NCBI GenBank assembly: GCA_030704615.1
Contig: CM060732.1
Span: 59,830,001-59,894,000, forward strand
DNA from: Takakia lepidozioides
Lineage: Eukaryota; Plantae; Bryophyta
Direction of reading: 5' to 3'
Length of the DNA stretch: 64,000 nt
The notes below the pieces were generated by a model. That model was not told the origin of the DNA. It did no database searches and was given only the letters and a program-made list of their open reading frames with translations. Shown piece by piece: positions 23,781 to 34,726 of this stretch. Numbering within the stretch: position 1 is the stretch's first letter; each line of letters opens with the position of its first letter. A program made the position numbers and the translations under genes.

Positions 23781-24671
23781 TATGGCTGCAGATGAGAACC
23801 TTGAAAACAACAGCCACAACTATCCCAGAGTTGCGATACGATTATTCTAGTGAATTGAGTGACTGTGAAGACCATCGTCGCCATATCAATGGTGGTCTTA
23901 CACACAAGGCTCTGCTGGTCGATGCTGCCGGCACTCTCATGATCCCATCTCAGCCGGCTGCACACGTTGGTTTTCCTCCTTACCATCTGCAGGAAATTAA
24001 GCTTCTTTTTGAGAGTTTAGATCTTGTGATTTTCATTTCACTTTACATTCCTTTAGTATCTGTCGCACTTGGCGAGCTTCGTCTTTGCTCGTGTTTCTTT
24101 CTGTGTGGTCTGCTATGTGGGAAGAGGCTTCCAAACTTTACTTCTAGACGGATTTCTTTGTTGTGCTGGAGAAGGGACTGCGAGTAAAATAGTCATGGGA
24201 CATAGGCTGCTAAACTCTCTGATCGTCTGTACATTTGTTAAAAATAATTGATCTTGGCTTGATAGGTTTATCGCAAAATTGGTGTACACCGAGGACGAGA
24301 TTCTGGCGTATTCACAACCTTGGTGTCGCTCTATCTTGAGGTAATTGTTTGTCCTCTATGCCTGTCTGGAACCTACATTGAAACTGATCTGATCATCACA
24401 CTAGGTGTTAGTATTCATTTCCAAAGTATGTTGTGCACAGTGTCAGTTTAAGGAAATTGAAGATAAACCGCTCTCTTTGCGTCTTCTGTTAGGCATGGGC
24501 AATTGAAAATTGCAAGTAGGGAAGGCTTTGAGGGTAGGCATATGTGATTCCAGTGCTTTTTCATTTCTGTGGAGAAGTATGTGGATGATACTCGTCCCTT
24601 CTGGCAGTTCCTGGTGGAGCATGCAACCGGCTGACCAGCACTACTTTGAGGAATTATATCAGTTCTGCCAG
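23781..24671 (+). pseudogene. HAD-superfamily hydrolase (HDHD3-like) 5' fragment with introns and small exonic deletions
   Basis: Exons THKALLVDAAGTLMIPSQPAAH (to ~23965), VYRKIG / YTEDEILA / YSQPWCRSIL (~24266-24340) and YVDDTRPFWQFLVEHATG / DQHYFEELYQF (~24578-24671), with frameshifts. Confidence 0.78.
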
Positions 24672-25804
24672 GTACAGAGTCCCAGCAAATGATTTCTTAC
24701 ATTCTTATCTTTTATCTTGGATAGAAATGAAGATGATCAATGGGAGGATGGGAGGATTGTCATTGTGGATGCGCGCTTGGTTGAACATAGGGATAGCTAT
24801 AGATGAAAACCAGGCAAAAAGAGAGATATTTTGGATGTTGGATTTGATCCACATATCTGAACTCTACCAATGAGAGTTTCAACTAAGTGATAGGCCCTGG
24901 GCATTGAAGGTTGAGACTTTTGCAAAGTCATTGTTCTTTTAATAACGAACGTGGCAACCTGTTTGTACTAAAGTTTTCACCTAAATTGATTGTGGTGTGT
25001 GCAGCAAATTTGGATTTGAAGAACAGGGTCGACTTTTTGTCTCAGATGGTAGTGTTTCTCTTATCATGTATGCTTGTCCAACGGAGTCTCAGGGTGGATA
25101 GGTGCAAGGGGGCAACTTGGAGGATGCCATGCAGAACACATAGGTGAGGTGTTGTAGGGTGTAAAAAAGGGCTATCTCAAACGAGCGTATCGCATTCTCA
25201 TATCCTGATGCAGTGGCCAAATATGGTAGGGCTCGTGGGCGAATATAACATGCTTGAACTCAATATTGAATGTCTAGAGTGTCACGGAAATGTAGTGGCT
25301 CAGACGCGTGAGACCGAAGTATATAAGTGAGGTCCTTAACTCAAATCCTTATGGATTATATATATCTTTTGCAACATAAATATCTTTCCTTCCCCTTTTC
25401 CTATGGCAAGTTTAGATGTGTCATTTTGGTGATTTATTTGTTTCCCTTTGCATCTCAAGTCCTAAGCTATTAAGATATTAATCAACCTAGTCTGCTCCTA
25501 GAATATAAATGCCTTTTTTATATCCCCTAGTATTTAGGATATTGAAGACCCCTGGAAAATATATTAAGTTTTCATTTATTAATTTTTTGCCTTTAAATCC
25601 CTTGGCCCATATTTGACTTCCCTCCTCGAAATTCAAAAATATAAATTCCCTCTTTATTACCCTATGAATTTTAAAATATAATTTTCCTATTTGAAGTCCC
25701 ATGGAGATATGTTAATTTCTCTATTTATTCTGTTTGCTTGCAATTCCCTGGGATATGAATTTCCCTCCTAACTTAATTCCTAGAACATAGATTCCCTCTT
25801 TATT

Positions 25805-26445
25805 TCCTCTAATATAATTTCCCTCTTTCTTTCCCTATGCATTTTGGGATGTGATTTCCCCTGTTGAAGTCCCTAGACTATATCTATTTCCCGGTCTTTT
25901 TCCCTTTGCATTCAAGTCACTTCCCTCCTTGAAATGCCTCTAATATAATTTATCTCTTTCTTTCCCTATGCATTTTAGGATGTGATTTCCCCTGTTTAAG
26001 TCCCTAGACTATATTTATTTCCCGGTCTTTTTCCCTTTGCATTCAAGTCACTTCCCTCCTTGAAATGCCTCTAATATAATTTCCCTTTTTCTTTTCCTAT
26101 GCATTTTAGGATGTGATTTCCCCTTGTTGAAGTCCCTAGACTATATGTATTTCCCGGTCTTTTTCCCTTTGCATTCAAGTCACTTCCCTCCTTGAAATCC
26201 CTCTAATATAATTTTCCTCTTTCTTCCCTATGCATTTTAGGATGTGATTTCCCTTGTTGAAGTCCCTAGACTATATATATTTCCCGGACTTTTTCCCTTT
26301 GCATTCAAGTCACTTCCCTCCTTGAAATCCCTATAATATAATTTCCCTCTTTCTTTCCCTATGCATTTTAAGATAGAAGCTCCCGGGTTGAAGTCCCTAG
26401 ACTATTTATTTCCCTCCTTATTTCCCTTTGCATTCAAGTCCCTAG
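25805..26445. repeat. Tandem repeat, ~131-bp unit, ~4.8 copies
   Basis: Anchor CT(C/A)TAATATAATT recurs at 25807, 25938, 26069, 26201 and 26331. Degenerate related sequence flanks the array (~25400-26650). Confidence 0.92.
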
Positions 26446-28274
26446 GACATACCTTCCCATTCTAGATCTATGCAATTCCATCTCCAATGGAAATATCTCT
26501 TCATGGGAATGTAGTAATTGTAATCCCTAGGTGATATTTTCCTTTCTAAGTAATAGGGAACAGTCCCAAATGCAATTTTCCCACATGTGAGTATGTCACC
26601 TAGGGACTTATAAGGGAAAAACAATACATTTCCCACTAGGGACTGAGTTATAAGCACCTTGTGTTTCACACAGTGAAGAAACTCGAGCAATGAATTGGAC
26701 AATGTGAAATCTGAGTTGTAGGACGTGGAATGCAACCTCAACTTCTGACAAGCTTGAATTCCAAACAGTGAAAGCTGATATGAAGACTACGAATGAACTT
26801 AAACCCCTAATGTTCAATAATCTGCAGCTAGAAATCACATCCCTGGATTTGCTTTCGAAGTATAGAACGAAAGCATATGGAGAGGCCAAAACTTTCGAGA
26901 TGGCGAACAATTGCAGGTGGGACGGGAGGGGGCCTGATAGGAGTCGCAAAGAAGGGGTTCCCCGGCGGTGTACTGCTTCGGGAAGTCAGTATCTGCCATG
27001 GCGATGCAATTCCGGTTGTAGCTGGGATACTACACTCTCGTTTCTTACTGGCTCCCTCACATCATTCCTCTTCCAACAATGTAATTTTGTCCTCACTGAA
27101 TTTTAATCATCAAATGTTGCCAGCTGGATCTCAGCCGTCTTCCCGCATATCTTTTATTCAATTTTTTTACTGAATCCTTCTTATAAGGAAAACAAGTGTG
27201 CAGGATTGGATATCCTGTCATACTTGCATTTCAGAACCAGCACTCTATAGGTTGGAATGACTCCTGGATAAGCTACTCTAAAGGTAGTTATCAGCTCATC
27301 AAACTGTAATGACAATTGATGCAAATGCAAATTTGACTGTTCATTTTTGCAAGTGCTGCCTTACATTTCAGCGTGTAGAAATTGAGCTGCCGTCAAGCTC
27401 TAGTTTCTGGGTTTATCTTCTGTGTTGCATGTCATTGAGCTGGTCGCTCTCCGACATGAGAGCCTTGGGGAGAGTACTGAAAAAGAGCTCTTACAGGATC
27501 GCTGTTTTGAAGATTTACTGCTTCATGTTTTACTCAGAATAGCTGTGCTTCTCGTGGATATTGGCAGAGTTGAGGCCAACACTCTCTGATAAAATTTTGT
27601 GGTTTTGCAATTGGCTCTATATATGCTGCAGTGGTAGAGGATCTGAATGAACGCTGGCAGCCCCTACCTGCTCTGCTTTGCTCTGAGTACCCTGCGGTCA
27701 TGATTATCGATGCTTTGGACCGCCAGCAAATTGATTCTGATCTGCTCCGAATAGGGAGATGTAGGATCTGACAGCAAAGCGGCAAGCAGGGACAGTTCCC
27801 AACCCCATCCCGAACGAGGCAGGCTATGAACTATGAACCTTTAAGGCTTTTCGGGACAATGTCCTCGTTCTAAAACTGGGTTATTTTTATTTCATTAAAA
27901 TAAATTTGGACTTGTTTAATAAAGGGGGGGGGAGAAGATGGGTAGGCTTCCAAACGCTCGCGAGCAATGGAGGGCAGCGTGCTCCGCTTGGGCCCAAGAC
28001 CTTGAGAGTGATGGCGACGATGCATCACGAAGCTGTATGGAAGCCCACGCAAGGTACACACTACATACATGCAATTCTTTGTTTATTGTTTGTGGGTTTT
28101 CGAGTTGTGTGGGTCGTAGCGATTGAGGCTCCACATTGTCCGTGGCCATACCCACAGAATCTAGAGCCATTTTGGTTGAAGTGGCTCACTGTTATGGTCA
28201 TGCAAGGAACGTGATCAGCTCCTTCAGTATTTCGTGAAACTTATGAGATAATATCGTCTTTCATTCATTGCATG

Positions 28275-28294
28275 AGAGAGAGAGAGAGAGAGAG
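28275..28294. repeat. (GA)n microsatellite
   Basis: About 10 uninterrupted GA units. Confidence 0.9.
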
Positions 28295-28970
28295 AAACCA
28301 TGTTTCTGTAAATCCTCAGAAACAGAGACAGAGATGTAGGCGTTGCTAAAGATTTATAGTTTAGTGTGCTTGAATGCAGGCCAAACAGTAAGCATAGAAC
28401 ATCTGTGGAATGAGTTCTTCTCAGATCCTTCACAGTGGTGGGACACACAATTGGAGAAGGTGAGGGCGTGATTGTGTGATGATATTTCGTGGCGAATTGT
28501 ATCTTCAGGCTCATAGATTTAGGGCTTTTTTTTCCTTGATAAAAGGAGAATTTAACTGTTGCTGTTTGTTTGTCGTACTGTAATTTGAAAGGATGCTTGG
28601 AGCTTTGAGTGGTTGTAGCTTGGTCTATGGGTGGGTGTGGTTGAAGCTATAGCTGCTCAGCTGCACACAATGCCTTTTCACAGAGAAGTCCAAGACCACC
28701 AGACTGGCATAAGCAAACAAAGGAGGTCCTTTGGATTGAGAGTTGGCCATATCCTTCTTGGGTGGACACAGAACTTGTCTCGGTACAAGTTCAAACACGA
28801 TCTGGGGATATCCCTGATGTCGATATACACCAGGGAGCAACTGGACGACAGTACCACGGGTATTGTTTTTATGATGATGGAAGGGTTACCACTGAAACAG
28901 ATTATTTTTGTAAGCTGTTAAAATGTTGCTGGAAGGGTCAACTCATGAGGACATCTTTATTTGACACATT

Positions 28971-31169
28971 ATGAACATTGAGATAAATAGTACAAGTTTT
29001 AAGTGTAAATTTTGTAACAGCTTTGAGTCATGCAGGATGGGAGGGTTGATTCAGGCACAATTGTTTGTTGGCCATCAGACTGGCAGGAGGGGTAACACCT
29101 CCGCCATCACCGCACCTTTTGAAAGAGGAGCAGAAGAGGCAGTCGACAAATTTCATTTTGGCACTTCTGGCTATGTGAGAAAACTGTGTAAGGCAGGACG
29201 ATTTAAAGAGGTGCTGCCTATTCTGAACCAAGACGGCATTCAGGCAGACTTCAATACTTATGTCTGTCTCTTGCAGGAGTGCATCAACGTGAGAGACCTA
29301 TCAGAGGGAAAGCAAGTGCACACTCATATTATCCAAAGTGGATTCAAGCCAAGCATCTTTCTATTGAACACCCTTATCAACATGTATGCCAAGTGTGGGA
29401 GCCTGGTGGATGCACGCAAAGTGTTTGACAAAATGCCTGAACGAGATACGTTTACGTGGACTATGATGATAACAGGATACGCCAAGCATGGGTGTGGAAC
29501 AGATGCTTTGAAGATCTATGAGCTAATGCAAGGGGAAAGGGTGAGGCCCAGCAGAGTCACGTTTATTTGTGTTCTGAATGCGTGTGCCAGCCTGGGAGCC
29601 CTGGATAAGGGCAAAGTGGTTCATACTGATATCACCAAGGCTGGAATTGCAGCAGATGCCATCCTTGAGACTGCGCTGGCTGACATGTATGCGAAATGCG
29701 GAAGCATAAAGGATGCACGTGAGATATTTGACAGTATGGCCAAACGTGATGTGGTTTCATGGAGTGTGATGATCACAGGATATGCTCAACATGGGTGTGG
29801 CAGAGAGGCTTTGGAGATTTATGAGCAGATGCAACAAGAAGGAGTGATGCCCGACAGGGTCACTTTCGTTGGCGTTCTCAATGCATGTGCCGGCCTGGGA
29901 AACCTGGAAAAGGGGAAAAAGGTCCATGCTGACCTCCTCAAAACTGGAATTGCTCCATATACAAATTTGGAGAACACCCTTATCGATATGTATGCCAAAT
30001 GTGGAAGCATGCAGGATGCACATCGAGTGTTTCAAAATATGGCTACAAGAGATGTTGTCTCGTGGAGTGCGATGATTGCTGGATATGCTCAACATGGGAG
30101 AGGTAGAGAGGCTTTGGAGATCTATGAACAAATGCAACGGGATGGAGTGAGGCCGAACCAGATCACATTCATTGGTGTTGTCAATGCGTGTGCCAGCATA
30201 AGATCCATTGAAAAGGGCAAAGAGGTCCTTGCTGACATCACAAAAGCAGGACTTAATCCACATATTAATTTGGAGAATACCCTTGTCGACATGTATGCTA
30301 AGTGTGGGAGCATGAAGGATGCACATCAAGTGTTTGACAAAATGGAGGAACCAGATGTGGTCTCATGGAACTCCATGATCACAGGCTATGTTCACCATGG
30401 ATGTGGTAGGGAGGCTTTGGAGATCTATGAGCAAATGCGAGGGGAAGGGGTGACACCCAACAAGGTTACATACACTTGCATTCTTAATGCATGTGCTAGC
30501 CTAGGAGCTCTGGAAAAGGGCAAAGATGTCCATGCTGACATCATGAAATCTGGCATTGCTTTGCACATGGATTTGGATACTGCCATAGTCGACATGTATG
30601 CCAAGTGTGGGAGCATGAAGGATGCACATGATGTATTCGACAATATGCCTGAACGAGATGTGGTCTCATGGAGTGCGATGATTGCAGGATGTGCCCAGCA
30701 TGGGCATGGTAGGGAGGCCCTGCAACTATTTGAACAAATGCAGCAGGAAGGCTTGAAGCCAAATGGTGTCACCCTTCTATCGCTTCTCTCAGCATGTAGC
30801 CATGCAGGCCTAGTGGACGAAGGCTGTCACTACTTTCATTCCATGAGCCAGCATGGCCTCACACCTGCAGTGGAGCATTTTGGTTGCATGGTGGACCTTC
30901 TTGGCCGCGCCAGGCAATTGGATGAGGCACAGGACTTCATTAACAGAATGCCAATCAAACCAGATGCGGGGGTGTGGAGGGCCTTGCTTGGTGCCTGCCA
31001 AGTTCATGGTGATGTGGAGGTAGCAGAACATGCCGCTAAATGTCTTATCAAGAGTGATCCACATCATGCCCCAGCTTATGTGCTGCTATCAAACATCTAT
31101 GCTGCAGCCGGAAAGTGGGAGGAAAAATCAAAATTGAGGAAAATGATGGATGACAGAAATGATGGATGA
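28971..31169 (+). CDS. PLS-class PPR protein with E1/E2 motifs, ending before DYW because of a frameshift
   Basis: Regular L-S-P triplets (MYAKCGS..DA..VFD.M..RDVVSW), then P2-L2-S2, E1 (VWRALLGAC) and E2 (YVLLSNIYA). The true start is uncertain (possible acceptor near 29020). Confidence 0.9.
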   Translation: MNIEINSTSFKCKFCNSFESCRMGGLIQAQLFVGHQTGRRGNTSAITAPFERGAEEAVDKFHFGTSGYVRKLCKAGRFKEVLPILNQDGIQADFNTYVCLLQECINVRDLSEGKQVHTHIIQSGFKPSIFLLNTLINMYAKCGSLVDARKVFDKMPERDTFTWTMMITGYAKHGCGTDALKIYELMQGERVRPSRVTFICVLNACASLGALDKGKVVHTDITKAGIAADAILETALADMYAKCGSIKDAREIFDSMAKRDVVSWSVMITGYAQHGCGREALEIYEQMQQEGVMPDRVTFVGVLNACAGLGNLEKGKKVHADLLKTGIAPYTNLENTLIDMYAKCGSMQDAHRVFQNMATRDVVSWSAMIAGYAQHGRGREALEIYEQMQRDGVRPNQITFIGVVNACASIRSIEKGKEVLADITKAGLNPHINLENTLVDMYAKCGSMKDAHQVFDKMEEPDVVSWNSMITGYVHHGCGREALEIYEQMRGEGVTPNKVTYTCILNACASLGALEKGKDVHADIMKSGIALHMDLDTAIVDMYAKCGSMKDAHDVFDNMPERDVVSWSAMIAGCAQHGHGREALQLFEQMQQEGLKPNGVTLLSLLSACSHAGLVDEGCHYFHSMSQHGLTPAVEHFGCMVDLLGRARQLDEAQDFINRMPIKPDAGVWRALLGACQVHGDVEVAEHAAKCLIKSDPHHAPAYVLLSNIYAAAGKWEEKSKLRKMMDDRNDG

Positions 31170-31596
31170 CAGAGTTGTCAGAAAGGAGCCAGCACGCAGC
31201 TGCATCGAGGTTGACAATCAAGTGCATACCTTTGGTGTACAAGACAAATCACACCCACAATATGAAGAAATCCACACTGAGCTGAAGAGATTGTCTTGGC
31301 TGGTGAAGGAGGCTGGCTATATGCCTGCCACACGAATAGTATTGCATGGTTTGGAGCAGCAGCAAAAGGAATTTTCTCTTTGGTACCACAGTGAGAGGCT
31401 GGCCATTGCTTTTGGTCTCATCAGTACGCCCCCTGGTGTGCCTATCCATGTTATCACGAATCGTCGGGTGTGTGGTGACTGCCACACAATCGCAAAGTTC
31501 ATTTCGAAGATTGTTGAGCGGAGAGTTGTTATGCTGGATGCCCACCGCTTTCACCACTTCCAAAATGGGGTTTGTTCATGTCAGGATTACTGGTGA
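31150..31596 (+). CDS. Detached E+/DYW cytidine deaminase domain
   Basis: HSERLA, CGDCH and HHFQNGVCSCQDYW. In a different frame from the PPR tract because of the 16-bp duplication at 31141-31172. Independent translation is unproven. Confidence 0.75.
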   Translation: MTEMMDDRVVRKEPARSCIEVDNQVHTFGVQDKSHPQYEEIHTELKRLSWLVKEAGYMPATRIVLHGLEQQQKEFSLWYHSERLAIAFGLISTPPGVPIHVITNRRVCGDCHTIAKFISKIVERRVVMLDAHRFHHFQNGVCSCQDYW

Positions 31597-32479
31597 AACA
31601 AGCACCCTCGATGACAGAAAGAGTACAGCTTCAATGTGAGGGTGTACTGGTATTTTTGAGATAAGCCGGTACGGTTAGACCATGATCTTGACTCATGTCC
31701 TGACAAATTCAGAGCAATAGGTATCCCTTGGGTGCAGACCAAAGTTTCAGTGTCTCAAGCACTTCACTCCAACTCTTACTTAGCACATGCTGAAGAATTG
31801 TGACATGCTTGCCAAGAGACAACTCTTTGTCGAGCCAAAGTATACACTGAATGGAGATTTTGGCCGTTGCCTTTGGCACTGCTGGTTCAATTACTCTGGA
31901 ACAACGAGCATTATCAGCAGGCTTCAACAGCGCTGGTGGGGGGATCACACAATCATGTAACTGGCAATCTCTTGACACATCCTCCTGCGTATTATTTTTG
32001 TAAGCCAAGTGTAAAGTTGAAAGAACTAATCTGTCATTGTATGAGACTGTCATACTCCACTTTCTGTGAGCTGCCCACAGGGTGCCCTGTTACATATTCC
32101 CACTTTCGGATGGAAGGTACTCACAGAGCTTCTGCAATGCCCAATGGCCTGAAGTGCAAATATATCAATAACTAAGACCTTCTGCAGAGATGCTAACCCA
32201 CAGTACGTAGCCTGATTCAATGTTAGGTGGATGCTATGTGGAAAATTTGTTGGTGCAACACATCCTTACAATTTAGGAACCAGTCATGGACATTCATCAT
32301 ATTTCCCCATGTTTGCAATATGTCTATCATCCCTTTCACACTCCCTAACCTTAAGGAGCCAGTGAAGTCAGATCAATGATCCTTTTCAAATGCCCATTGC
32401 TGTACAACATACTGACAGCAGGGTACATTAAGTGAACATGGATGGTTATTATCACCTCAGAGTGTACTCAATGTGGCGC

Positions 32480-34310
32480 TCAAGCTCCTCAATTCCACTT
32501 TCCAGCATTGTACTCCTCTGTGACCCTATCTGGGAACAAGAATGATATTGTTACCTGGGAAGAACCCCTGGAGTAAATACACCTGCGCCAACCCCCCCAC
32601 CAAAAAACGTCTCTTCGACTCAGTTGCCACCCCTGCCGCCACTTATGGCTACGAGTTCTGGCCACCTGGTGTCCGCATTTCCTGGTGGGAAAAAAATCTG
32701 AAACCGCTGCAGTGTCTTTCCTCCAGGGAATGCTTGGGGCTAGAAGGACAACAGCAGCACGTATTCTATGTGCAGAATTTGCATGCATTGCACTCCAAAC
32801 CGAGGGCATGTTCCAGCTTACAATCTTTCTTACACGGTTACAAGCCATTCCACCCACGGGGTTCACAACCTGGGCCCTCACAACATCTATCAGGCTCAAA
32901 ACAGCTGGTTTCAAGCACTCTTGGTATGCTCGGGTGTCCAACTTAATTTTGCACAATGGACTCTCCATTGCTTCCCTACTGCCACAGATATGGAGGAGGT
33001 GGATATTGTGTCCAAACAGGACCACCGTAGATGCATCAGAAGAGAACTTATGGAACTGCATGCCAGGCGGACATGGGAACTATAACAACAACACAACTTC
33101 TAACAGGAGACCTTCTTAGTTCTCCGTGACGATAGGATCTTGCGGCCTAATTACTAATTACCAGTGTTGGCCGGGTATCTAGTTTCGGCTCATGTATAAG
33201 GTTCTTAGGTAGGTTATCGACCTACCCTACCCATCAAATTTGAATTTTCTGATAACCCGGTCAATCAATAACCAGTGGTTCTTAAATTTGCAAAAATAAA
33301 TTCATGTACCCTCTTTTATCATAGCAATATACCCAAAGTCAATAACCTTACCTACCAAACCAGCACTTGACATACATGGATATTGATATTAGCCATATTT
33401 GAAGATTATTTTTTGAACTTGCATGAAGTTACACTGGTAAAAAGATTGGATATGAGTATTCAATGTGGTTAAATTCATTTGCTTTCATCACCAAGGTTGT
33501 GTTGAAACCAGTTGATTAGTTTGATTAGGTGATACTCTTTACAACTGCAGCTTCTAACAAGTTTAATTTTCTGCAGATTAATTTTGCTCGCATGTCTCGT
33601 CTTAAATTCAGCTCACAGACATACCTGGACCCTTATCCCCACAGGTATTGATTTTTAAAATAATGCTGTGAGAACCTACCTAGACGAACTCAAACTTTTT
33701 GATACCACCCTATTATCCACAACATGAAAAATCTAATATTGTTCTACCTCTCAATACCTGAGACCCCCCTGGTATTTGAAATACAGATTTTTAGTACCCA
33801 GTCATGGGCAGGTATATGTATGCATCAATACCCAGCCAACACTACTCATTACCTGTCTGCAGGCTCTATCTCCCTCTCCTCTGAGGGCATTGGGGAGGTT
33901 CAGGTGGCCTCCCACAGTCTGTGGAGACTGGTAGGTGGGATGATCTGCAATGTGACGACCACCTATGCCCTGCTTGCACTGGAAACTACAGGGAAATCAA
34001 TTTCTTTGAGGAGCCATGCGACTCCACTTGTTCTTTTTATTTTTACTTTTATTTTTTGAAAATGGATAGACACTGTATTCTTACTATGTACTTGGGAATG
34101 GATTAAATCTTATTCAGTATACATGATTTTGCTCAATGTTTAATTTAACAAGCAACTAATTGTGTAATGGCTCCTCCTTTGTCAACCTTTATACTATGAG
34201 ACTGGTCTATTCCACGATACCCAATCTCTCACGAAGGTCTTCCATTACAAGGGGGAGAAATGCTTGGCAGCTTACCTGCATGAAGCGTTGACTCTTAGAT
34301 AATCTTTAGC
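32480..34310 (+). mobile_element. Decayed RTE-X-like LINE fragment, split by a hAT MITE
   Basis: KKRLFDSVATPAATYGYEFW (post-RT motif) before the MITE; ETGRWDDLQCDDHLCPAC after it; further pieces near 34190-34310. Confidence 0.65.
33162..33844. mobile_element. Non-autonomous hAT element (MITE)
   Basis: TIRs CAGTGTTGGCCGGGTAT and ATACCCAGCCAACACTA (15/17). 8-bp TSD CTAATTAC / CTCATTAC (7/8). Confidence 0.8.
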
Positions 34311-34726
34311 TGCTGGGTGGACCAGTTGCATGCCCATAATGCAATATCCAAGACATCAACACCTGCTCTATTGGGGCATGACCTCTAGGCAAGTCCACAG
34401 CAAACATCAAGGGTTTAATTGCAGGTGCTGATTGTTACAAAGTATAGTAGACAGCACTCAATTTTCCTGTTCAAGGTGCAGCAAGAACAACATGGTTCGT
34501 ACTCCAGAGGTGTAAAAAGAGTAGGAGAAGGAGAAGTTGTACCTTCGTGCACATGTTGTGGAAGCCGATGAGGGTGTCAAGCATCCTCACTTGCTAAGCA
34601 CATTCTGAGCTGTGCTTCTGGCTGGTCAACTGTCTTCCGAAAGGAGACCTACAGACAGCTTGCCAGACATTGACAAAAGAACCCAGTACTGCCTTAGATT
34701 ATGTTTGGTGCTTGCCTCACTTGACA

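Noticed and set aside
25285-25350. Weak A-box/B-box resemblance
   Set aside because: Too degenerate; no cloverleaf, tail or TSD.
25805-26445. Regular repeats as a possible CRISPR array (also 55040-55378)
   Set aside because: Units are contiguous with no unique spacers, no cas genes, and the context is eukaryotic.
26660-27790. Coiled-coil-like ORF and an IIDALD Walker-B-like word
   Set aside because: No Walker A or other supporting motif.
29757-30772. Antisense ORFs over the PPR tract (also 35429-37207)
   Set aside because: Shadow frames of repetitive coding sequence.
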